64,000 bases of DNA, taken from the NCBI GenBank assembly GCA_011050465.1, contig DRFQ01000009.1, positions 64,334-128,333 on the forward strand, in the 5' to 3' direction. A program made the position numbers and the translations under genes. The notes beneath the pieces were generated by a model. It saw only the letters and a list, made by a program, of their open reading frames with translations. It had not been told where the DNA came from and made no database searches. Positions 37,623 to 47,977 of the stretch are shown one piece after another (within the stretch, counting starts at the first letter, position 1; every line of letters starts with the position of its first letter). Source of the DNA: Candidatus Nealsonbacteria bacterium. GTDB taxonomy: Bacteria > Patescibacteriota > Minisyncoccia > Minisyncoccales > RBG-13-36-15.

Positions 37623-37686
37623 GATAAAAGACAGTTAGGTAGTTCAATAAAGGTCTTTTATTAAAGAAAACCTTAGATTTATAATA

Positions 37687-38973
37687 ATGAGACTATCATT
37701 CATTATTTTTATATTAATTGCTGTTTTTTTTATAGCTGTTTATCCTTCAATGGCTTTGGCTTTATCTCAGGAAGAGCAAACAAAATTAGACGAATTACTC
37801 GATAAACTAATTGATATTTCTTTAGCCCTTTCTTTGCTTCAGAAACAAGTTGAAGAACTGATCAATTCTTCCCAACCCTTATACCATTTAAATTTGGGCG
37901 ACTATTTAGAAGATTTCTTTAATGACCAGGGAATTATTTTAAATGAAAATGACTTTCTAGAATCTACAGAAGATCCTTATCTTGATTTCGCCAAAATATT
38001 AAATCTAGTTTCTTCTTCTTACCGAAGCAATGAAAAAATAACCCAAAGGAAAGCTGGGCAAATATCAGAACAGTTTTTTTTGATTAAAGATAAATTACTT
38101 CTTGATGGGCTTTATGGAAAAATTGACATGCACGAACATTATCGGTCTGGCGGCGATATAGGAGAGTTTTTGAGGGCGGCGGGAAGCCTGGGGATTTCCA
38201 AAATAATTTTTGTGCCAACGGGTATGGGACCGGATAATCAAGGCTATAAAATACACCAAAGCTTTTTAATTAGATATATTAAAAAATTATATCCTGAAAA
38301 GATTATTCCTTTTTGTACTATTGACGAAGCAGATCCTAAAGCTGCAGAAGTCTTTGAGGAATGTCTTAAAAGTGGGGGAGAGGGCTTAAAACTCCTTGGC
38401 GGTCATCCCAGTTTTTATGATGAACCTCTTAATTCAGAGAATATGTATAAGGTTTACCAAATAGCAGCCGAATATCAGGTCCCGATTTTGGTTCACGGAA
38501 GCATTATCAATGTTCCAGAGACAAAGAGTCAGCTTGAACAAGTTTATTCAGATTTCCCCGAAGTAACCTTTATCCATGCCCATTATTGCTCTGCAATTTT
38601 TAAAGGTATTAATCTCGATCAATGCGCTCGGCTTTTAGACAAATACCCTAATTTATATATTGATCTTTCAATGGGCGGGGGTATTAAAAGATATCACCGT
38701 TATTTGAGAGAAGACTTACCCAAAATAAAAGACTTTATCTTAACCTATCAAGATCGAATTTTGTTTGGTTCAGATATTATTTTAGATCAAGCCCGCTATA
38801 AAGATCAAGATTGGCTTTACCAAAGAATAAGCTGTGATCTTAATTTGCACCAACTGAAAGAATATACTTGTGATTTTGGCGAAAAAGATATTTTGCACCA
38901 AGGATTCAATCTGGAAGAGCAGGTGCTTAGAAAACTCTATTTTGAAAACCCCAAAAAAATCCTTAATTTTTAA
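37687..38973 (+). CDS. Membrane-anchored or secreted metal-dependent amidohydrolase-fold protein
   Basis: N-terminal hydrophobic helix; DMHEHY, LVHG, HAHYCS and GSD motifs spaced as in TIM-barrel amidohydrolases. Confidence 0.6.
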   Translation: MRLSFIIFILIAVFFIAVYPSMALALSQEEQTKLDELLDKLIDISLALSLLQKQVEELINSSQPLYHLNLGDYLEDFFNDQGIILNENDFLESTEDPYLDFAKILNLVSSSYRSNEKITQRKAGQISEQFFLIKDKLLLDGLYGKIDMHEHYRSGGDIGEFLRAAGSLGISKIIFVPTGMGPDNQGYKIHQSFLIRYIKKLYPEKIIPFCTIDEADPKAAEVFEECLKSGGEGLKLLGGHPSFYDEPLNSENMYKVYQIAAEYQVPILVHGSIINVPETKSQLEQVYSDFPEVTFIHAHYCSAIFKGINLDQCARLLDKYPNLYIDLSMGGGIKRYHRYLREDLPKIKDFILTYQDRILFGSDIILDQARYKDQDWLYQRISCDLNLHQLKEYTCDFGEKDILHQGFNLEEQVLRKLYFENPKKILNF

Positions 38974-39012
38974 TTGCCAACCGAAAAGGAGCCGGAAAAA
39001 GATTATTTTATC

Positions 39013-39207
39013 TATACCCCGTAGGAAGACGCAAGGATTTTCGTGAATAACAATAAAGGTAAAGAATTCAAGATTAGTTTCCCAGAAAGAATAGCTGAAA
39101 TATTTTCTACTGAAAATCCAATATTATCTTTTAAACCGTGAATTATATAATTATCTAATGGTTAAACATAATAACAACGGAAAATATTTAACTTCCTACG
39201 GGGTATA
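39013..39207. repeat. MITE-like unit bounded by 16-bp perfect inverted repeats
   Basis: tataccccgtaggaag (39013-39028) is the exact reverse complement of cttcctacggggtata (39192-39207). The AT-rich interior is 163 nt. Confidence 0.6.
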
Positions 39208-39995
39208 TGAAAATTTCTCTAAAAAGAAATAAAATTCCGATCATAATTATTGGAATTTTAATCATTATTAGTTTAAATTTTTATCAGGGAGGAATTAAAA
39301 GTTTCTTCTATTCATTTTCATCACCCATTCAACAATTTTTTTGGCAAAAAGGAAAAGGAATATCTAATTTCTTTGAGACAATTATTCGAATAAACACAAT
39401 CAAGAAGGAGATGGAGAGTCTTAAATTAGACAATCGAAGCCTACTTTCTGAGATTGCTTCTTTAAAAGAGATTGAAAAAGAGAATAAAATACTAAGAAAG
39501 GCCTTAGAGATTGGTCTCCAGGAAGAATATAGTCTTGTGTTTGCTGAAATCATTAGTAAGGATTTTAATGAAGATTATATTCTAATTGATGAAGGATCCA
39601 CAGCCGGTATTGTTGAGGGGCAGCCTATAATTACCGAGTCTAAAATTGTTTTAGGAAGAATCAGTGAAGTTTATGAAGGTTTTGCAAGAGTGATGCTTAT
39701 TTCTAATAAAAAAAGTTTCCTGGATGCTAAAATTCAAGACAAAGAAATCCGGGGAGTTGTAGGAGGTAAGGGGAACCTTAGCTTGTCTCTAAGCCACGTT
39801 CTCCGAGATCAAGAGATTCAAGAAGGAGATTTTGTTGTAACAACTTCTTTGGGGGAAATTTTCCCAAAGGGACTTCTGGTGGGAAAGGTTGGAGAAATAA
39901 AAAGGAGCGATATTGAACCTGTCCAAGAAGCTAGTCTTGCGCCTTTTTTTGACTTAACTCAACTAGAAAATGTTTTTATTATCTCAAAGTTCTAA
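39207..39995 (+). CDS. mreC: Rod shape-determining protein MreC
   Basis: N-terminal TM helix, a coiled coil, C-terminal beta domains (GIVG.V ... GG.FP.G..VG.V), followed by mreD and a PBP2 gene. Confidence 0.85.
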   Translation: MKISLKRNKIPIIIIGILIIISLNFYQGGIKSFFYSFSSPIQQFFWQKGKGISNFFETIIRINTIKKEMESLKLDNRSLLSEIASLKEIEKENKILRKALEIGLQEEYSLVFAEIISKDFNEDYILIDEGSTAGIVEGQPIITESKIVLGRISEVYEGFARVMLISNKKSFLDAKIQDKEIRGVVGGKGNLSLSLSHVLRDQEIQEGDFVVTTSLGEIFPKGLLVGKVGEIKRSDIEPVQEASLAPFFDLTQLENVFIISKF

Positions 39996-40001
39996 AAGAT
40001 A

Positions 40002-40523
40002 ATGAAAAAATTTCTGTTTTTAATTCTAATTTTATATGTTATATCTTTAGCCCAGACAAGTTTTTTTGTCCCTTTTTCTATATCTGGGGAATTACCAAAT
40101 CTTATTCTAATTTTTGTTATCTTTTTTGTTCTCTTGGAAGATCCGAAAGAAAATCTTGGTTTTTTCGTATCCCTTTTTGGGGGATTATTTATTGATATTT
40201 TTTCTAGCCATCTTTTAGGCACAACAACTATTTTGCTATTAATCACGGCCTTTCTTTTGAAAAAATTAAGTTATTCTTTAAAGAAAATGACTTTTTTTTG
40301 GTTTTCTCTTTTATCTCTGGCCGCCTTAATTTTTTATAAATTATTTTTGGATTTTATTCTTTATTTCATACAGGAACCCGCTTTAAAAATTGATTATTTT
40401 AGAATTAGCCCCGGAACGTTATTGTCAGTTGAGTTAATCTATAGTTTTGTCTTACTTTTAGTTGGTTTTCACCTCATTGATTTCTTTAAAAAATATGTCC
40501 GCTTTTTATCCAAAAAAACCTGA
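40002..40523 (+). CDS. mreD: Rod shape-determining protein MreD
   Basis: Polytopic small membrane protein between mreC and PBP2. Confidence 0.7.
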   Translation: MKKFLFLILILYVISLAQTSFFVPFSISGELPNLILIFVIFFVLLEDPKENLGFFVSLFGGLFIDIFSSHLLGTTTILLLITAFLLKKLSYSLKKMTFFWFSLLSLAALIFYKLFLDFILYFIQEPALKIDYFRISPGTLLSVELIYSFVLLLVGFHLIDFFKKYVRFLSKKT

Positions 40524-42486
40524 TTCTTCTTCCCAGAGCTTTCTTAAGAACAAGAAAGTAAAAATATCTTCCAGCGAAGAAATTGAGCCTCAGGAAATTT
40601 TTTTAGACAGCTTAGCCAAAAAAAGAGAGGAGGAACTAGATATATCTGAGAAGAAATTTGAAATCCCTCTTTCAAGAAAAATTATTCTGGGGTGTTATTT
40701 TTCTTTCTTGCTGCTAATCTTGGTTTTTCTTGCCCAGACCTTTTATCTTCAAGTTGTAAAAAATGAGGATTTATCTCTTTTAGCTCAAGATAACAAGACA
40801 AGATTTTTTTTAATTAGGCCCAATAGAGGAGTAATTTATGATAAAGTTGGCTATCAACTTGTTTTCAATCAGCCAAGTTTTGATTTGGTCTGCGACAAAA
40901 GGGATTTTCCATGGAAGGAAGAAGAAAGGTCCAAGATTTTAACTAAGCTTTCGCAGATTATCAATAAAGACATAGAAGACTTAAGAAGCCAGATTGAAAC
41001 CTCAGAATTGCTCCAAGTTTTAATTACCGAAAACTTAGACCAGGCAACCTTAATTTTGTTAGAAACAAATCCAATTTTTTCTGGGAAAGAGAAGAATTCT
41101 GTCTGCCGGGTAGAGATGAATACGATAAGAGATTATATCTCAGGGACCGATTTTGCTCATTTGATCGGCTATGTTGGAAGAGTGAGCAGTAAGGAAGAAA
41201 TTGAGAACTTAACAGATTATTCAATTGCAGATTATATAGGGAAAACCGGCCTAGAAAAATCCTACGAAAAGGTCCTCCGAGGAAATCCTGGAAAGCGGGA
41301 AATTGAAAAAAATGTTCTGGGACAGACTCAATTAGAAAATCTAATTTCAGAACCAGAAGATGGAAAAAGTCTAGTTCTTTGGTTAGATTCTGATTTACAA
41401 AAAAAAATTACAGCAGAGCTTAATTCTATGCTTAAACAAAGCGGGGCGAAAGCAGGAGTGGGGGTAGCCATTGATCCGAAAACCGGAGGAATTCTGTCCT
41501 TAGTCAGTCTTCCGGGCTTTGATAATAATCTTTTCAGCAGGGGAATAGACATAGAAACCTGGCAAGATCTTTATAATAATCCCTATAAACCTTTTTTTAA
41601 TCGGGTAATTAGCGGGGAATATCTTACAGGTTCGACCATCAAACCCTTAATTGCGGCGGCTGCCCTAGAAGAAAATTTAATTGACCCTCAAAAACAAATT
41701 TTAGCCCAAGGTTATATTCAGGTTCCTCATCAATACAACCCTGAGATTATCTACACCTATAAGGACTGGAAGGTTCACGGCTGGACAGATATGAGAAAGG
41801 CCATTGCTGATTCGGTTAATGTTTATTTCTATACTATCGGGGGTGGATACGAAAATCAGGCAGGACTGGGGCCCACAAGAATAAAAAAATATTTAGAGCT
41901 TTTTAGCTGGGGCCAGAAAACAGGGGTTGATCTTCCCGGAGAAAAAGAAGGTTTAATTCCTGATCCTGCCTGGAAGGAAAGAGTTATTAATGAGAACTGG
42001 TACGACGGGAATACCTATCATCTTTCGATTGGTCAGGGTTATCTTCGTATTACTCCCTTACAAGTTGTCACAGCTTTTGCGGCTATTGCTAACGGTGGAA
42101 CCATTTATCGGCCTCAGGCTGTCCAGAGAATTGTTGTGGGTTCGGCAGATTCACCTCAAGCAGCTGAAGAAGTTAAGCCGGAGATTATTAGAAATAACTT
42201 TATTAGTTCTGAGAATCTTGAAATTGTCAGAGAGGGGATGCGGGAAGCAGTTACTTACGGATCTTCGGTGATTTTAAACGCTTTGCCAGTCAAAGTTGCA
42301 GCAAAAACCGGGACAGCTGAAACTGACAAAGAAGGTTATTATCATAACTGGGTAACAGTCTTTGCCCCGTATGAAGACCCTCAGATAGTCTTAACAATTA
42401 TGGTTGAAAATGTTCAAGAGGGTATGGTGGTGGCCCTACCCGTTGCCAGAGAAATCTTAAAGTGGTATTTCACCCCCGCACCATAA
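40495..42486 (+). CDS. mrdA: Penicillin-binding protein 2 (class B transpeptidase)
   Basis: SxxK (GSTIKP), the SxN region and KTGTA. TM anchor. Start set at ATG 40495, overlapping the end of mreD. Confidence 0.9.
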   Translation: MSAFYPKKPDSSSQSFLKNKKVKISSSEEIEPQEIFLDSLAKKREEELDISEKKFEIPLSRKIILGCYFSFLLLILVFLAQTFYLQVVKNEDLSLLAQDNKTRFFLIRPNRGVIYDKVGYQLVFNQPSFDLVCDKRDFPWKEEERSKILTKLSQIINKDIEDLRSQIETSELLQVLITENLDQATLILLETNPIFSGKEKNSVCRVEMNTIRDYISGTDFAHLIGYVGRVSSKEEIENLTDYSIADYIGKTGLEKSYEKVLRGNPGKREIEKNVLGQTQLENLISEPEDGKSLVLWLDSDLQKKITAELNSMLKQSGAKAGVGVAIDPKTGGILSLVSLPGFDNNLFSRGIDIETWQDLYNNPYKPFFNRVISGEYLTGSTIKPLIAAAALEENLIDPQKQILAQGYIQVPHQYNPEIIYTYKDWKVHGWTDMRKAIADSVNVYFYTIGGGYENQAGLGPTRIKKYLELFSWGQKTGVDLPGEKEGLIPDPAWKERVINENWYDGNTYHLSIGQGYLRITPLQVVTAFAAIANGGTIYRPQAVQRIVVGSADSPQAAEEVKPEIIRNNFISSENLEIVREGMREAVTYGSSVILNALPVKVAAKTGTAETDKEGYYHNWVTVFAPYEDPQIVLTIMVENVQEGMVVALPVAREILKWYFTPAP

Positions 42487-42706
42487 CGAGGATTTTCGCT
42501 AAACCATTAAGGGCTTGACGACGAGAGGATGCGTTTCATGAATTCGCATATCCTCGTTTGGTGTGGAGGTTCACCAGATAATAATTTTTAGTATTTTATT
42601 GACAAAAAACCATCCTAAAAGGAGGTTTTTTATTTTGACCACGTAGAAAAATTTTGACGGGGTTTTGACCCAAGAGGTAAAATCAGTTAAAATACAGAAT
42701 AAGAAC

Positions 42707-44173
42707 ATGGGACATCTTGGAGATATCAAAAAAACTCGTTTAAGGAAGTTAGAAGCCATGAAAAAAGCTGGGATTTTAGCTTACCCAGAGAAAACCAAAA
42801 GAACTCATACAATAAGAGATAGCTTAGAAAGCTTTGCCACGATCTCCCGTTCAAAAAAAGAAATAGTTTTGGTGGGTCGTATTAGAAGCATTAGAAAGCA
42901 TGGGGGATCTACTTTTTGCCATATTGAAGATGGTACAGGAAGAATCCAGGGTTTTTTCAGGAAAGACAGATTGGGCGAGAAGGGCTATCAGTTCTTTCTG
43001 GATAATTTCGATATCGGCGACTTCATTGAAGTGAGAGGAGTTTTATTTAAGACCAAAAAAGGAGAAAGAACCATCGAAACTAAAGATTTTAAAAATTTGG
43101 CAAAGACCCTTCTACCTTTACCTGAAAAATGGCATGGATTGCGAGATATTGAGGAAAGATATAGAAAAAGATATTTGGATTTAATCTTTAACAAAGAAGT
43201 TAGAACAAAGTTCGAACTCCGCTCAAGAATCATTCAGACAATCAGAGAGTTTTTAGAAAAAGAAGGATTTTTGGAGGTAGAAACTCCTATTTTACAGCCA
43301 ATTTATGGAGGAGCTAAAGCCAAGCCCTTTAAAACCCGCCTTAACGCCTTAAATCTTGATTTATATCTGAGAATTTCTCCCGAACTTTATCTGAAAAGGT
43401 TGATAATTGGCGGCTTTGAAAAAATTTATGAGATTGGCAAGTGTTTTAGGAATGAAGGAATGGATAAATCTCACAATCCAGACTTTACCATGTTAGAATT
43501 TTATTCAGCTTACGCTGATTACAAAGATTTAATGAAGTTAACAGAAAGAATGTTCGAGTTTTTACTTAAAAAGACGTTTGGAAGTTTAAAAATTAAATAT
43601 GGGACCAAGGTGATAAATTTTAAAAACCCTTGGCCAAGAGTTGAATTTTCTCAAATACTAAGAAGATATACAAAAATTAATATAGAAGAAATTCATCCAG
43701 AAGCCCTTAAAAAAGAAGCAAAAAATTTTGGCATTGAGATTGAAGAAGGGGAACAAAAAGCAGAAATTGCAGATAAAATTTACAAAAAATTCTGCCTGCC
43801 AAAAATCTGGCAGCCAACTTTTATCATTCATCATCCCCTGGGAACTTTTCCTCTAGCTAAACAATTACCGAATAATCCTTCAAAACTGGCTAATTTCCAA
43901 TTGGTGGCTGCCAACTGGGAATTAATCAATGCTTTTTCAGAACTTAATGATCCGATAGAACAGAAAAAAAGATTTGAAGAACAAGAGAAATTTTACAGGA
44001 AAGGGCTCGAGGAAGCTCAGAGGCAGGATCCAGACTTTTTAGAGGCTTTAGAATATGGCATGCCGCCTACTGCCGGTTTTGGAATGGGCATTGACAGGCT
44101 GGTAGCTCTACTTACAAATTCTTATTCTCTTCGGGAAGTTATTTTATTTCCGACAATGAAACCTAAGCAATAA
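42707..44173 (+). CDS. lysS: Lysyl-tRNA synthetase, class II
   Basis: OB-fold N-domain and class II motifs (FLEVETP, FRNEG, GMGIDRL). Start set at ATG 42707. Confidence 0.95.
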   Translation: MGHLGDIKKTRLRKLEAMKKAGILAYPEKTKRTHTIRDSLESFATISRSKKEIVLVGRIRSIRKHGGSTFCHIEDGTGRIQGFFRKDRLGEKGYQFFLDNFDIGDFIEVRGVLFKTKKGERTIETKDFKNLAKTLLPLPEKWHGLRDIEERYRKRYLDLIFNKEVRTKFELRSRIIQTIREFLEKEGFLEVETPILQPIYGGAKAKPFKTRLNALNLDLYLRISPELYLKRLIIGGFEKIYEIGKCFRNEGMDKSHNPDFTMLEFYSAYADYKDLMKLTERMFEFLLKKTFGSLKIKYGTKVINFKNPWPRVEFSQILRRYTKINIEEIHPEALKKEAKNFGIEIEEGEQKAEIADKIYKKFCLPKIWQPTFIIHHPLGTFPLAKQLPNNPSKLANFQLVAANWELINAFSELNDPIEQKKRFEEQEKFYRKGLEEAQRQDPDFLEALEYGMPPTAGFGMGIDRLVALLTNSYSLREVILFPTMKPKQ

Positions 44174-44251
44174 ATTGCTCAATTGTTATATTGTCAAATT
44201 GTTATATTGTTCATTAAATCAATTCAGTTCAGCAATGTAGCAATGTAATTC

Positions 44252-45499
44252 ATGCTAGACATAAAGTTCATTCGAAAAAGTCCACAAATTGTCAAAGAAG
44301 GCTGTCGCAAAAAACATGTCAAAGTTGATATTGATAAGCTTTTGGCAATTGATAAATATATAAGAAGATATCGCCAAGAATATGAAGGCTGGAAATCACA
44401 AATAAATAAACTAAGCAGATCTAAACCAGATGGCAAAGAAATAAAAGAAGCAAAAAATTTAAAATCTAAAATTAAGGGTCACGAAACCAAAATAAAAGGC
44501 TTAGAAAAAGAATTTCAGAACTTAATGCTTCAGATTCCAAATTTACCACTCGAGGATATTCCTGTTGGAAAAGATGAAAAAGACAATGTAGTCGTGAAAG
44601 AAGTGGGGGAGAAGACGAAATTTAATTTCAATCCCAAAGACCATTTAGAAATCTCTGAAAAATTAGATTTAATTGACATAAAAAGGGCAGCTAAGGTTTC
44701 CGGGACCAGATTTGGTTTCCTGAAAAAAGAGGCAGCTCTACTTGAATTTGCTTTAATAAATCTTGCTTTTGATACTTTAATTAAAGAGGGCTTTATACCA
44801 ATTGTTCCGCCAGTCATGTTAAGGCCGGAAATGGCTCAGGGTATGGGTTATTTAGAGCAAACCGACGATGAAGAAGCTTATTTTCTACCAAAAGACAAAT
44901 TATATTTAACCGGAACTTCAGAACAATCAATTGGAGCAATGTATGCAGATGAAACTTTTCAAGAAAAAGATTTACCGAAAAGATACGTTGGTTTTTCTAC
45001 TTGTTTTCGAAGAGAAGCCGGGGCTTATGGAAAAGACACTAAGGGAATTATGCGGGTTCATCAATTTGATAAAGTTGAGATGTTGAGCTTTTGTCATCCG
45101 GAGAAATCTCGTAAAGAGCATCAATTTTTATTATCTTTAGAAGAAAAATTGATGAAATCTTTAAAAATTCCTTATAGGGTCTTACAAATGTGCACAGGAG
45201 AATTGGGGATGCCGGCTGCTGCAAAATACGACATTGAAGCCTGGATGCCATCTGAAGGTCGCTATAGAGAAACTCATTCTACTTCAAACTGCACCGATTT
45301 TCAGGCGAGACGTTTAAACATTCGCTATCGAAATTCCAGAACCAAAAAATTAGAATTTATTCATACCTTAAACGGTACTGCCTTTGCTATCCCGCGTACC
45401 CTGATTACCATCATTGAAAACTATCAGCAAAAAGACGGAAGCATCAATATCCCTAAGGCTCTCCAGAAATATTTGAAGTTCAATAAGATTGGGAGATGA
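44252..45499 (+). CDS. serS: Seryl-tRNA synthetase
   Basis: N-terminal coiled coil MLDIKFIR, motifs FRRE.G..G.DT.G..R.HQF.K.E, and TLNGT..A..R. Confidence 0.95.
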   Translation: MLDIKFIRKSPQIVKEGCRKKHVKVDIDKLLAIDKYIRRYRQEYEGWKSQINKLSRSKPDGKEIKEAKNLKSKIKGHETKIKGLEKEFQNLMLQIPNLPLEDIPVGKDEKDNVVVKEVGEKTKFNFNPKDHLEISEKLDLIDIKRAAKVSGTRFGFLKKEAALLEFALINLAFDTLIKEGFIPIVPPVMLRPEMAQGMGYLEQTDDEEAYFLPKDKLYLTGTSEQSIGAMYADETFQEKDLPKRYVGFSTCFRREAGAYGKDTKGIMRVHQFDKVEMLSFCHPEKSRKEHQFLLSLEEKLMKSLKIPYRVLQMCTGELGMPAAAKYDIEAWMPSEGRYRETHSTSNCTDFQARRLNIRYRNSRTKKLEFIHTLNGTAFAIPRTLITIIENYQQKDGSINIPKALQKYLKFNKIGR

Positions 45500-46272
45500 C
45501 AGAAAAAAAACTCTTAATCAATGATTTGGAAGCTAATTATAAAATATCTGGCGAAGGCCAGTTAGTTTTAATTTTACACGGCTGGGGAGGATCTTCTGTG
45601 TCCTGGCTTTTAGTTCAAAAAATATTAACTGAAAAAGGATTTAAAGTGATTATTCCCGATTTCCCGGGTTTTGGTAAAAGCACAACTCCTCAAAAACCCT
45701 GGACAGTAGATGATTATGTTCGGTGGTTTAAAGATTTTATTGAAGAGATGAAAATTAGAGAACCTTTTTTCTTGTTGGGCCATTCTTTTGGAGGAAGAGT
45801 AGCAATAAAATTTGCTGTGGATTACCAAGAAAAAATAAAGTCTTTGATTTTATGTTCTTCAGCCGGTATCAAACCAGATAAAAATTTTAAAATTAAAATG
45901 TTCTATTTTTTCGGTCGAGTAGGGGATTATTTATTTTCTAAAGGGCCTTTTCTGAAATTTAAAGACAGAGCCAGAGATGCTTTTTATCAAATCATTCGCC
46001 AAAAAGATTATCTTAAAGTTAAGGGAACTATGAGAGAAACCATTAAAAAAATTCTAGCTGAAGACCTTTTTGGCTATCTTGCTCAAATTAAAACTAAAAC
46101 CTTAATTCTTTGGGGCAAAACAGACAAAATAGTGCCTGTAAAATATGCTTATATTATGAAAGAAAAAATTTCTAATTCGAAGTTGATCATTTTACCTAAG
46201 ATTGGCCACAGTCCTCATTTAGAAACCCCGGAAAAATTTACTAAGGAAATTTTACAGTTTATTAAATTCTAA
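45496..46272 (+). CDS. Alpha/beta-fold hydrolase
   Basis: HGWGG oxyanion region, nucleophile elbow GHSFGG and a C-terminal GHSPH. ATGA overlap with serS. Confidence 0.8.
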   Translation: MTEKKLLINDLEANYKISGEGQLVLILHGWGGSSVSWLLVQKILTEKGFKVIIPDFPGFGKSTTPQKPWTVDDYVRWFKDFIEEMKIREPFFLLGHSFGGRVAIKFAVDYQEKIKSLILCSSAGIKPDKNFKIKMFYFFGRVGDYLFSKGPFLKFKDRARDAFYQIIRQKDYLKVKGTMRETIKKILAEDLFGYLAQIKTKTLILWGKTDKIVPVKYAYIMKEKISNSKLIILPKIGHSPHLETPEKFTKEILQFIKF

Positions 46273-46278
46273 TCAGAC

Positions 46279-47976
46279 ATGTCATTCAATATTTTTCATA
46301 TTTTAGCGATCTTTTGGCTGATTCGTACTGTCAAAATTATTCTCTTTTATCTTTATCTTTGGCAGCTGAAAGAATATCACATTGGCAGATTTTTCGATCA
46401 CTTCCGAACCGAGAAAGGAAAGAAGACTCTTTTTCATAAATTGAATTTTTCGAAAATTCTCCTTCTTTTCTATTTTCTTTCTTTTCCTTATTTCCTGATT
46501 TATCTAACCAATTTTCCTTCGTTGAATCTTATTCCTTTTATTTCCCCTAAAATTATTTTTTTAGTTTTATATTATCTTTTCCCCTTTTTACTTCTAGTTC
46601 TTTATCTTTTCGAAGGACTAAGAACTTTTTTAGATTTTGCTAAAAAGAGAATAAAAATTCCCGTTATAACGAAAAAGATGATTTTTCTGATATTTTCTGT
46701 AATAATTTTCGAAGTCGGTGTAATTTTCTCTCTTCTTTATTTCGAGAAAGATTTAAATTTTTTCGTTTTCTGGTTATTAATTTTTGACCTATCTTTACCT
46801 TTAATTATTACAGTAATTGTCTTAATTTTTCAGCCCTTTGCAGTCCTTTCAAAATGTCTAATTATCAGAAAGGCAAAAAGAAAAAGAGAGATCTTTAAAA
46901 ATCTTCTGGTGATCGGTATTACTGGTAGCTATGGCAAAACTTCGACTAAAGAATTTTTATATACAATTTTGTCTCGAAAATTCAATGTTTTAAAAACAAA
47001 AGAGCACCAAAATTCAGAAATTGGAATTTCCCAATGTATTTTAAAAGATTTGAAGCCCGAGCACGAGATTTTTATTGTTGAGATGGGAGCCTATGGCCGG
47101 GGAGGAATTAAATTACTTTGTGATATTGTCAAACCAAAAATTGGAATTTTAACCGGAATAAATGAACAGCACCTTGCCCTTTTCGGTTCTCAAAAAAATA
47201 TAATTAGAGCAAAATATGAATTAATTGAGGCTTTGCCCGACAATGGTTTAGCAATTTTTAATGGAGACAATAAATACTGCTTAGACCTTTATAATAAGAC
47301 GGAGAAACCAAAGAAAATTTCCAGTTCTCGGCCAAAACCATCTAATTTTATCCCCGGTATCTGGGCAGAAAATGTTATTGTTCAAAGAAATTATGTCTTT
47401 TTTAAAGCTTGTACCCCAGAGGAATGTATCAACCTTAAGGTATATTTATCTGGAGACCATTTTATATCTAATTTATTAGCTACAATTTATGTAGCTCAAG
47501 AGTTGGGGATGAAGACTGAAAAAATTGTCGAAGGTTGTTTTAAAATTGAACCAGCCAAGAATACAATGAATCTTTTTAAGGGAATAAACGGCCTAATAAT
47601 AATTGATGATTCTTATTCGGCTAATCCAGAAGGAGTGATTGCTGCTTTAGATTACCTAAAGGTTTATGGAGGCAGAAAAATGATTATCATGCCCTGTTTG
47701 ATTGAATTAGGCAGAACGGCAAAGGAGATGCATAAGAAAATCGGGGAGAAAATTGGAGAAACTTGCGATGCGGTCATTGTGACAACCAAAGATTATTTTC
47801 GGGAAATTGGAGAAGGATTCCTGGAAAAAGGGAAAAAAGAAGAAAATGTTTTGTTTAGCGAAGACCCAAAAGAGATTTTCGAAATAATAAAAAAATTTTG
47901 GGGTCCCGGCGATATTGTTCTTTTAGAAGGCAGAGTACCGAAAAAATTAATTGACTTTTTAGTCAATAGTAAATAA
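46279..47976 (+). CDS. murF: MurF-type Mur ligase with an N-terminal polytopic membrane domain of about 190 aa
   Basis: GITGSYGKTSTKE P-loop, EMGA and DDSYSANP. Residues 1 to about 190 form five or six hydrophobic helices. Confidence 0.8.
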   Translation: MSFNIFHILAIFWLIRTVKIILFYLYLWQLKEYHIGRFFDHFRTEKGKKTLFHKLNFSKILLLFYFLSFPYFLIYLTNFPSLNLIPFISPKIIFLVLYYLFPFLLLVLYLFEGLRTFLDFAKKRIKIPVITKKMIFLIFSVIIFEVGVIFSLLYFEKDLNFFVFWLLIFDLSLPLIITVIVLIFQPFAVLSKCLIIRKAKRKREIFKNLLVIGITGSYGKTSTKEFLYTILSRKFNVLKTKEHQNSEIGISQCILKDLKPEHEIFIVEMGAYGRGGIKLLCDIVKPKIGILTGINEQHLALFGSQKNIIRAKYELIEALPDNGLAIFNGDNKYCLDLYNKTEKPKKISSSRPKPSNFIPGIWAENVIVQRNYVFFKACTPEECINLKVYLSGDHFISNLLATIYVAQELGMKTEKIVEGCFKIEPAKNTMNLFKGINGLIIIDDSYSANPEGVIAALDYLKVYGGRKMIIMPCLIELGRTAKEMHKKIGEKIGETCDAVIVTTKDYFREIGEGFLEKGKKEENVLFSEDPKEIFEIIKKFWGPGDIVLLEGRVPKKLIDFLVNSK

Positions 47977-47977
47977 T

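Noticed and set aside
42487-44251. T-box leaders upstream of lysS or serS.
   Set aside because: The leaders are too short. They lack the conserved T-box sequence and the specifier-loop architecture.
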